From contig MU058065.1 in assembly GCA_013265495.1 (NCBI GenBank), positions 9,713,720 to 9,777,719 on the forward strand: a DNA stretch of 64,000 bases, given 5' to 3'. Shown one piece after another: positions 11,781-21,570 of the stretch. A model generated the notes under the pieces. That model searched no databases and had not been told where the DNA came from. It worked only from the letters and a program-made list of their open reading frames with translations. The position numbers and the translations under genes are program-made. How positions within the stretch are numbered: the stretch's first letter is position 1; every line of letters starts with the position of its first letter. Origin of the DNA: Vicugna vicugna (lineage: Eukaryota).

Positions 11781-14032
11781 CTAACACAAGTGATTATTTT
11801 TATCCATTGGCATAATTACTACCCTCAAACCCCTACTTTAAGAAGGATCAAGAGAAAGGGCAACTTTTCCACTGAGGGACTTCACTTGTGTTTTCTGTGT
11901 TTTTTTTTTATTCAAAATTGTCATCTTGCAATACCCTGAGAGTTGAGATTTCTAATATCCTTCAAGCTAAGAAAAATCTTATACGGTTTAAGAAAGGTCC
12001 AGTTCCTTACCTCTAGTTTTCTGTCTCCTTAACTGCTCTTTAAAAAAAGATCCTTGGGGGCTGCTTGCTAAGGGGCCCTGAATGGAGACTGGACACGTTG
12101 CTTTGGATTCTCTTAGCTTCCACCGTGGTCTTGAGCCCCTGTTTCAGCTTTTCCTCACTCTGTGGAGAATTCCTACCATTTCTGGCTGCAATTTCACACC
12201 TGTCAGTCTAATGTGACAAAACAGGAGACCGTGGCACCATTTCACCAGCAGCACGTGTCTTTAAGTTCCCAGCAGTTTTTTTTTCTTTTAAATGTCAGAT
12301 TTACAGTTCTCTTGAATTTTTTAGTCACATATCTTCTTCATCCCTCCCCTCAACACCTATAGAACATACGTGGCAAAACCAAACAAAAACTGGTCCCAAC
12401 GAATTATGATTTTCCTCTGCTAGATAATTTTTTGTTTTTCCTCCTTAACTGAGGGATAGGACAAGAGATAATCTCTCAGACTCATACTGGAAGGGGAGAG
12501 AGTTCCTTTGATAACTCAGATTTAAACAGGTCTGTACATGTTTGGTTTTGTTTGGAGATCAGTATTTAATTTAGAAATGCCTTGAGAGTTGAGATTTCTA
12601 ATATCTTTTAGGCTAATAAAGTAAGGATCTTATATGGCTTAAGAAAGGCACAGTTACCCATATCTCTTCAGTTCATCTGGTGCATGAAAAGCTATCCCAT
12701 TTGCATTAAAAGCTAAAAAATTTCCGGGCTGCAAAAGCCTGTAAGGTATAGGAGGACATCAGCTGCCAGAAGCTTTACAACATCAAGTGCAATTTGAGGA
12801 GGCCAAAAAAGCAATGAGATGAGTCTCCTTTTATGGAGGAAGGGGGCTTAGGTTCTAACTTGGCAGAGCGGATTCATTTAGAGAAAGAAGGCTCCGTCGG
12901 TTTAAATTCCAATTTCTAAATCTCTTTTGGGAGATGAAGGCTCTTCTTGTGTGCCTTTCACAATCGAACAGTTGGTTATAGCCTCTCCCCTCCATGGCTT
13001 TGAAATCCTTTCCTATTCACATGGCCACAACGAGACAGCCCTGGGGCAGGGATGGTGATTGCTTCCTGGGCTCTGTGCTGGCTGGCTTCCACTGGGCGGA
13101 AGGGCTTCCAGCGTTAGGCAGGGCTGCCCTTGGATTCACAAATGCCCACCACTTTGCGGAACAACAGCCCCACGCAATTTCCCTGTCCCCAAATAGCCTC
13201 TAGCTACATTAATTGCATCATTGATGCATTAAAAAAATTAAGTGGCCTTTTTATTCCAAGGCAACCCTTTGAAGGAGAAAATATTCAAGACTAGCCTTTG
13301 TAACTGTAACCGATAACACTGCTTTTGTTTTATTTTACATTTGTGGTCTCTCTGAGCAATGAGAAGCATATCTGGTGTGTTTGTAAAAGTTATGCTCTAT
13401 AGTTTTAGTGCATCATTTGCTAGAAAACAACCGACAAGATTGTTTTGGCCAAAAGTGTCTTAAAAAGAGGCTAGTTCATCTCTAATGGAATCAGCCTTCA
13501 ACATTTGGTTAGTCTTCAAAAGATTGGTGGTGACCTTTGGACAAGGGGATGCTTTGAATACTTACAGACTTGCTTCTTGATTATAAAAAAGATAAAACAA
13601 AACCTCACATGATTACCTCATTTCCACAAAGAGTTAATAAACAGCCACTGAATTAATTTGCCCTGTCCAGCTAACAGCTGCAGTCAGAGCCCCAAGTTCA
13701 CAAGGCAAGGAGACAAATAAATTTGACGAGGGTGCCTGCACCTGCTCACCTTCCCAACCTGTATGGAGTGAATGCAGGTGCTCCGTGACAAATGACCCGA
13801 CCTGCTACCTCCTGAGGCACCTGCCTTGGGTTTAGGCTTCAGCGACCTGGGAAATTCCCACCCCTGTGTGCAGATTTCACTTTCGCCCGCCGAAGACAGC
13901 GGGGACAATGCCTTGTGTGTGTGATCCCTGACAGGCAGGACAGATGTACAAATGACTGTGAGAGCCAGGCCGACTGAGATCATGGATGCGGAGGAGTCCC
14001 AGCTGGGTGGGAGGAGCAGTAGGGGCACTGAC

Positions 14033-14515
14033 CTGGAAGATGAGCACTTTGAAATGGTTGCGTCTGAGGAGCTGGGCGTGGTTGTTCTCCAGCCGCTTCA
14101 CCTGCGCGCACTGCCTCTCCATGCGCTCCTTGACGGCCCGCGTGTGAGCGCTGACCTTGCGGGACTTTTCCAGCAGCTTGCTCACCGTGTTGCTGGTGGA
14201 GGCCTGGTACTTGGAGAGCTTGGTGAGGTCGTTCTGGATGCCCTTCACGGAGCCCTCCAGGCTGATCTGACGCTGCTCCATCTTGTGCTGGTTCTCCTGC
14301 ACGGCGTCCAGCATGTTCACCAGCTTGTCCAGGAGCGTGAGCACGGTGACTGCGTTCACCTGCGAGGTGTCCCGGATGGCCTCCTCCGTGCTCCCCGGGT
14401 TCAGACTGGGGCTCGGCGTGGAGGAAGGCACCGGGCTGGAGCTGGCTGGCTTCTCCTGCCGCATGTCAGGCCCTGGGTGCTGGAACTTTTCAGCTTGTGC
14501 AGCGTCCTCCCCCAT
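14033..14515 (-). CDS. CAVIN2: CAVIN2/SDPR coding exon 1 (aa 1-161; N-terminal disordered region and HR1 coiled coil)
   Basis: ORF translates MGEDAAQAEKFQHPG...QVNAVTVLTLLDKLVNMLDAVQENQHKMEQRQISLEGSVKGIQNDLTKLSKYQASTSNTVSKLLEKSRKVSAHTRAVKERMERQCAQVKRLENNHAQLLRRNHFKVLIFQ, the recognisable cavin-2 N-terminus. ATG is in strong Kozak context (gccATGG). Donor CAG|GTCAGT at 14033/14032. 483 bp, phase 0. Confidence 0.97.
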
Positions 14516-14960
14516 GGCTGGATGGGTGGGAACGTTATTCTGACTCCGGTGAGAAGGAAGGTGGTGAGGGTGCAGAGCGTGGCCCGCTGGTTTGCGCTCA
14601 GAGCACCGCTCTCTAGGGCTGGCAGAGGTTCAGACGGGCAACAACTGGCTACACTGATCAGGGGAACTGCATTCCAGCTGCTCTTAAAAGGCCTACTCCA
14701 CCCAGTGGGAGGCGAAGAATACAGAACTGAGAACCACTCAGGGTTCAGAGGCACACGCACACGTCCTAACCGCCTTCTCCTCGGCCCAGGGCACTTTCCT
14801 GCAGGTTTAGCTTTTCTTTCCTGTGCCTCTTCCCTTTTAAAAATAAATTCAATGTCATATTTCACTCATGACTTCATCTAGAGGCGGAGAAAAACATGCT
14901 AATTTGGCCCAGCTCCATAGCCTCCAATTGGCTAAAGCTAGTAAACTTTGCTCTGGCTGC
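14516..14960 (-). promoter_or_regulatory. CAVIN2: CAVIN2 5'UTR / proximal promoter
   Basis: Lies directly upstream of the ATG and is moderately GC/CpG-rich. CCAATTGG (CCAAT on both strands) at 14924-14931. MEF2-consensus TTAAAAATAA at 14837-14846. The TSS cannot be fixed from sequence. Confidence 0.55.
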
Positions 14961-16764
14961 TATGCTACATATGCTACAGAGCGCCTGTTTTTCATCCTGG
15001 ACACAAGTTATTGTAACGGAAAGTACTGTTTGCCTTTGCCGGAGAACAGATTGATGGGATGCAGAATGCCGGGTGTCCCGCTGGGAGAGGCCAAGAGTAA
15101 AGGGTGCTTGCGGTCAAGCTTGTAGTGTTAGTTTTTAATTTCCAAGGGAATATAAGTAACTCTGATGATGAGGAGAAAAACAGCCCCGTTCTTACTCTTG
15201 CAATTGGTGGTGCAAGATAAGATGAAAGAGACTGAAATTCAGGGATATTAACATATGCAATGCTGTTATGGACTGTTACCATGTAATAGATGGAAATTTT
15301 TTGAATAACCACTTTTTTTTTTAAGTAGAGAGTTCCTTATGACAAGTAAAATTGAAATAGGACATGCAAAAAAAAAAGTGGCCTTTTTAAAGAACCTATC
15401 ATGATTACTTGTTTTAACTAATTTTGAATCAAAGCTGAGAGATGTTTTCAAGATGCCCATCCCCACAAGGCATTTATTGACACCTGTCCAGGTCTGTGAC
15501 TCTTGGGCAGGTTGGGCTGGAGTTTCTGAAGTGCTTCTAATGTTTGACATTTCTAAATTCCTGCTCAGTGAAGTGGCACACCTGTTCTAAAGCGTGGCCC
15601 TCCTCAGCTGAGCCCTTGGGATGTGGGGCTTATTTCCTAAAACGACTTTACATGCTTGAATTGGTTTTAAATGAATCCAGCCTTTGAACGTGCTTTCAGC
15701 AGGAAGTTTGTAATAGGCCTTCTATGAACCGTTTTGAGAAGAACAAATGCCAGCTTGTATTGGGTCAGGGATTGATAATGGAAAAGTGCCATTCTTCAAT
15801 GACAAAATCTACTGTGTGAGCCAATCAATCAGAACGTCATTTGTTGTCACATGTATTGAATTTGTGAGTCTCCACTGTCTGCTCAGTTGTGTGCTCGATG
15901 TACTATCCAGAGGGAACTAGTAAAGCATGATCCAGACCCTGCCCTCAGTGAGTGTGTCTGCTAGTTAGGGAGATGAATTAAAGATATTTACAGAAGCCCC
16001 TGGTTTTCCTCAGATAGTTGGTACCCCAAACAAAATTAAAGTGAATCTTTTAAATACAGGGAGAAAAAAAGTGAAAGTATTTGGTTGAGACATTATCTTT
16101 AAAAAAAAGTAAGAAAATTATTAAAATGGATTTACCTCACATTTAATAAAATTTAGTTGGGTGATGATGTGTTAAACCTCAGAACAAAGGATGAATCAAG
16201 TGTTGATTTTGAGAAGCTTAATTTTCTAGCAAAATTATAAGGTATCATGACACAATATCCCTTTTACATTTGGCTTCTGTGGACAAATCATACAGAGGGT
16301 CATTATTGCAAAATATTTGAGGGCTTCATCAGTTTTCCAAGAGCCTCTCTTAAATTTTGACATTCTAATCATTCCCTTTTAAAGCACTTATTGTGCCATC
16401 ATCTGTGTGGATGTTTTTCTTCTTCAAACGTTAACTATTCCAGCTGCAGAGTCTTATTTCCCAGAGACGTTGCCCACGATTCAAGGGCTCCTCTAATGTT
16501 ACCTTCATCAACTTCATGATTTCTTACATATTCTGAAAAATTTGCAATTTCACACTATAATCACTTTGCCCTGATTTTGCATTGATTTGCACTGATTTTA
16601 CATTGCATTGTTAGATATTGTATAATCAGTTAGATGAATAGAGACGCTAAAGATATGGGGTTGAGGCGGGAAAAGGAGAGAGGCTAGTTGTTAAGCAGGA
16701 AGAAAGGTTTACATGTGGCTTATTTATTTTTAAAAATTAATTTTGAATAACCCATGTAACATAA

Positions 16765-17305
16765 CAGTTGCCTTTAGCTGTGTAACAAACCAGCCTGAAA
16801 TTTAGTGGCTGAAAACAACAATCACAATTTTTTTTTTTTGATCAGGATTCTGGGATTGGCTAGGTGGGGCTCAGCTGGAATGGGTCATCTCTGCTAGACA
16901 TGCTCATTCAGCTTTAATGGAATCTAAGATGGTCTCAATCACATGTCTGGCTCCTTTAATGGGATGACTAGAAGGCTGGAATTTCTCTGTCCTTGGTCTT
17001 TGAGCCTCCAGGGACTTACCCTCTGATCTCTTTAGTAGGGTAGCCACACTTCTTTACTTGGTGCCTCAGGTGTTCCCAAGCAGTGGAAGCAAAAGCTGCG
17101 GGATCTCTTAAGGCTGGGCTCTGGAACTTTCTCCCCTTGTCACTTTCACCACGTTTGTTGGTCTAAGCAGGTCACAGGCCAAGCTCAGATTCAAGGGGAC
17201 AGGAAATAGACTTCACCTCTGGAAGGAGCAGCAGAGTCCCGTGATGAAGGGTGAGCAGCATGGCAGAGATCATTGTAGCCATCTTTGGAAACAATCTGCC
17301 TCAAC
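16765..17305 (-). mobile_element. MaLR LTR (old MLT1 subfamily)
   Basis: gctgtgtaacaaaccagcctgaaatttagtggctgaaaacac...gggctcagctgg...ggtcacaggccaagctcagattcaagggg...gacttcacctct...gccatctttggaaacaatctgcc resembles MLT1 consensus. Confidence 0.75.
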
Positions 17306-18820
17306 ATGAGTATATTTTTCTTTCAAAAGACTGTTACAGCTAAAGCAGAAGGCCTTTCAGCCACCATTTTTATTCCATTCCCTTTTGGCTTTTGTCAGAG
17401 GTAATCATTTTTACGGGTTTGGAGTGTATCCTTTGGGAGTCATATTTGTATGCGATCAATTCATTCATTAATATTTTACGTTGTGATGTAATTTTACTTG
17501 TTGTACAACTTTATAATCATGGGATCTGTGAGGAGCTATATAATGGGAATCTCTTCTGTACAAGGTGGCATGTAACGGAGTAATATATTGTGACATAAAC
17601 TCTAAGGGCATCAAGAGTTTATATGAGGGGAAAGCAAAGGCGATAAAAGAAAGCACTGTTTGCAAGTTAGAATTTGAGGTAACCCTAAGCAGACACACTC
17701 ACTATCTAGTTGACCTTAACTAAGTCCTATTTCTGTATGAAAGAGATCAGTGAAATTCAGCGACTCTTAAAATACATTTTTGAAAAATTAAATCTACTTA
17801 TTACTTTCTATGATGTTCCTTAGAGATTAGGTAATGGAGTTTAGACATGATACAATGACAGGTAGGAGAGGCTTCTAGAGTTTTTTGAACATGTGAAAGT
17901 TTGTGTTTAAGAAGGCTTAATACAGCAATAAAATGTAATAAGGGGTCACTCAGTTGGTAATGCTTGCTGAATGTGCAATAAATTGTAGGCACTGAGGATA
18001 CAAAGGTAACTGACATCTATTTGCTATCCTTTAAAAACTCCCACTTTACTGGGAGAACTAGGCAGCTAGACAGATACTGGGTATAGGTACATAGGGGTGG
18101 TGCTGGAGTTGGGTAACCTGAGGGCTTTAGTCATGGCAGGGTCTGGTTAGGGGTCTGAATTCTCCAACTGACTATCACTATCTCAGGTCTCTAAGTCACC
18201 TATGCACAGAAGTCACTTCAAGAAATGCCTACATTATTCCTGGCTAGGGTATCCCTCCCAATCTCCATGTGGTTTTTCATTCTGGATCATTAGTAAGCCC
18301 CAAGGCTTGGTTAATTCTTTAGTATAATTTCTAAACCAGAGGCAGAGGCAGCTCAATGACCTCCTTGGTTGATCTTTTCCATTTAAACCCATATGGGCAT
18401 CCTGATATTCTTGGTCTTACTGCTGTGGCGATGATAGGAGACCTGGAGTGATGAGTCTACAGAAAAGAAAGTCCTTCTTCTCAATGGCTAAAGAAGCAGA
18501 GTAAGCTAAGCTGGCTCCTGCGTGTATGTTCTTCTGTGAGCCCCATATTGGTATTCAGAAGCCTTTCAAGTGTTGGATTGCCTCTTAAGTAGGTGGTCAT
18601 ATGAGTATACAGACCATATGGAAATAAAGAGGAACAACATGGTAACACATGTTTTTTTAAAGAAAGAAGTAGAGAAAGAACAAGATTAATAGAGAAAACA
18701 AAAGAATGGTGTCTTCCAGAGGAAGAGAAGTCTTTCCACCTTTTTATTCTTCTTAATGAAATATCTTTCCACCACCTACCAAGTAAATGTGAGGTCTCCA
18801 CTATGTCTCTAGCTTCTGGC

Positions 18821-19337
18821 TGTTAAGAGGCAATTCTCCATGGATCTTTCATATTTCTAAATGTTTTTTGAGCAGATACACTGTCAGTCTTTTATTCTGG
18901 ACTATCTTTTAAAGAATGTTTGTATAGTGAAGAGCTTTGGAAAATAAAGATATAGCAGAGGATGGAGAGGGAGCAGAGTGTAGGGTTATTGGATGTCCAG
19001 TATGATAAAGATAATGTTTTCCTCTGGGACAAAGGTTAGGCAGGTTGTTTGCAGCCTCTTATAAAAAACTGGAGTTTCCTAAACTTGGGGTTCCTCAGAT
19101 TTGATGTAAATAGGCAGGATCCACCTATACCTGCCTCTGTTTCTTGCCCATGTGACTGGGGCAGGGAAGCAAAGGGAACTCTTGTGAACATGAAGCTTGT
19201 GTGCTTCCTTTGCCATGAGGAGTAAAGAGTCTGTCTCTGAGCCAGGAGTCTCTGACCTTCTGCCATGAAACTGTTACAGGTTTAACTTGTTTGTTTGCAA
19301 GTAAGGTGAAATGTCAGACCGTTTACAGTTCTTGACA
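18821..19337 (+). mobile_element. ERV solo LTR (MER89-like)
   Basis: TG...CA ends. tgttaagaggcaattctccatggatct...ggactatcttttaaagaatgtttgtatag... Internal TATA-like cttataaaa and agtaaa signal. Flanks ctggc / ctggt form a near-identical 5-bp TSD. Confidence 0.75.
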
Positions 19338-19560
19338 CTGGTCAGTTTTTCATCTAACCATAACATCTTGCATGAATGAAGTTAAGAGAGTGAGGTTGAG
19401 AATACAGAAGTATGTTTAAAGGCACTGGCTGGCTGCCTCAGGAGCCCCAAATGGCATTTGCATCTGCATTTCTTGTGGACTGAATCTTGCGTGGAGAGAT
19501 GTGTAGGGAGATGATTTCTAATGGTAATCTTGTCTTGGCACGATAAGGATTTCTGATATC

Positions 19561-19705
19561 AGGGCTCAAGTGGTAGAGTGCATGCTTAGCATGCATGAGG
19601 TCCTGGGTTCAATCCCCAGTACCTCCATTGAAAAACCAAATAAATAAACTAACCTAATTACCTCCCCCTGCAAAAAAAATTAATAAAAAATTTAAAAAGA
19701 AAAAC
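19561..19705 (+). mobile_element. tRNA-derived SINE (camelid vic-1-like), 5' end slightly eroded
   Basis: A-box gctcaagtggtagag, B-box ggttcaatccc, then agtacctcc...aaataaataaactaacctaattacctcccc and an A-rich tail. Confidence 0.85.
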
Positions 19706-20629
19706 TTACCTCTGAGCTTGATAACAAAGGTAGTGGGATAAAAGCGCATTACTAAGATAACATGAATTGGGCAGAAAGGAAGAAGCTGAAAGCATCTGAC
19801 CACATCTGCTTCACTCTGCATTGCATCCTGCAGTGGGTGTAGGTGAAAGGGAGCGTGTAGTTTGGAGAAGGCCCGAGGGTCCTGCCTTTTCCTTATCCTT
19901 TGCTGAGGCAATGGAGAGGAGTTGAGTGTTCATTTTCACTAGAGAGATTGAAGATGAAAAAGCACATGATCACATGACCCTAATCTACCCCAGCCAAGTC
20001 CCTGTATAACCTCTCAATGATGTCAGTGTGAAGTACAGTAACATATAAGGAAATTCTACATAACTGAGCGATGAAGCATAAATAATGCATAGTGTTGACA
20101 TAAAGGTAGATTTTGCTCCACTCCCCATGTGCTGTCATTTAGGGAATGTCACGATTTTTGGAAATTCCACAGGGGCTTGCATTCTCAAGGCCTCCTCTGT
20201 CTCTTGGACACCCATTTCCCTCCATGCCATGTCCATGCTGTTCCATTCCTGCCCAGTTGTGAACCCTAACCCCTGCTTTAAGCATCACGGAATCTGCTCA
20301 CATGAAACACTCACAAGTACAGTGGATGTTAATGAAACTTTTGGCTCACAGGAAAATTTCTGAGCTCAGCTGGTTCCACTCATTCTCTCATCCCAGTTTC
20401 ATGTTTTCTATTTTCTTCTTACTTCCATTTCCTATTTCATGCGGGGCGATTCTACTCAAGTACTGGCTCTTGGGTTTTATCTTCTACCTCAAAGAGATAT
20501 GTTATTATTATCATGAAAGATAGTTTTCTACCTTCCTAGGAGAAATTCTCATGCCAGTTAAGATAACTAAACTCTTTTCCATCTTGTTTTATTGTCAAGA
20601 TCAAAGGCAGGGAGACAAGTTAGAACATT

Positions 20630-20920
20630 GTTTATTCATTCGTTCATTCATTGAGCAAATACTGCTGAGCAAAAAGTGGGTTCTGGGAACAAACCAGTGA
20701 AAGTGAGACGAATCCCCATTCGTGCGACGTTTATGCTCTGAGGGGCAGGGGTGGGGACAGATGATAAATAAAAATAAAATGTAATGTCAGACAGCGATGA
20801 GTACTATGAATAAAAATAAAGCAGATAAGGGACCAGGGGGGGATGCAGGTGCTATCTTAGTGTGGCCAAGGAAGTCCTCCTTGAAACGGGGACCTTTAAG
20901 CAGAGATAAGTTGCAGCAGT
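20630..20920 (-). mobile_element. L2 3' fragment
   Basis: ttcattcgttcattcattgagcaaatactgctgagc...gtactatgaataaaaataaagcag...gtggccaaggaagtcctcc...gacctttaagcagaga is an L2 3' end pattern. Confidence 0.6.
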
Positions 20921-21334
20921 CCAGCTGAGAGGAGAAGGCCTTCGTCTGTATTAACATAGTGTTTTGAGCACCGTGATAGGGTTTGAGGTGGGCACATGTA
21001 CCCCCAGCTAGAACTTCACTCCCCAGCCTCTCTTTGAGCTAGGCGTGGACATGTTCCCAAGTTCTGTTCAGCGGAGGTAAGCCAAAGTGGTAAGGGCCAC
21101 TTCCACCCGCTGCCCTTCAGGGGGTTAGGCGTGTGCTCCAGTGTTCCCCTCTCCCCCCGTATTCTCCTGGGAGATGGTAAAGGCTGACCTGGATGCAGAA
21201 ATGGAAGCCATTGGCTTGAGGACTGAAATGGCCGCTCTTCCTGCTCTTGCACACTTGCTCCCTCATAGCTGCCCCTCTCCCTCCCTCGTTCTCGCTCCTT
21301 GGCCCTGACCAGGTGAGTTAGCTTACAAACCCCT

Positions 21335-21570
21335 CATAGTGAAGAGCAGGGAATCTCAAGCCAGACTTCCCCGCTTCAAATTCCAGCAAGGTTGTATGAC
21401 TTTGGATGAATTGCTTTTCCTTTCCAGGCCTCAGATTCTTACTATGAAATGAGGATTATAATGATTCTTATTGTTATAGGTTGCTATGCAGGTTAAATGA
21501 ATTATGACTTGTGAAATGCTTGGACCCAGGCTGTAACATGGTAAGCAGCATATGTATGTGTTAAATACAT
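21335..21570 (+). mobile_element. MIR SINE
   Basis: atagtgaagagcaggg...ttcaaattccagc...tgactttggatgaattgc...gcctcagattcttactatgaaatgaggattataat...gtgaaatgcttgg. Confidence 0.65.

Larger units (their letters stand above)
4226..14032 (-). other. CAVIN2: CAVIN2 intron (GT-AG, phase 0, ~9.8 kb)
   Basis: Canonical donor GTCAGT and acceptor ccatcttttcAG join the two coding exons in frame. Confidence 0.93.

Noticed and set aside
13877..14032. Read-through extension of the exon 1 ORF (VSAPTAPP...GGRK)
   Set aside because: Lies past the canonical splice donor and has no cavin similarity, so it is intronic.
13952..14881. 309-aa ORF on the + strand overlapping CAVIN2 exon 1
   Set aside because: Antisense shadow of a GC-rich, coiled-coil coding exon. 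It has no recognisable domain, and its L/V/G/H-rich composition is typical of reverse-frame translation.
19561..19625. tRNA-Ala-like sequence (also at ~42640-42708 and ~47455-47527)
   Set aside because: Followed by a SINE body and A-rich tail, with TSDs on two copies. These are SINE heads, not tRNA genes.
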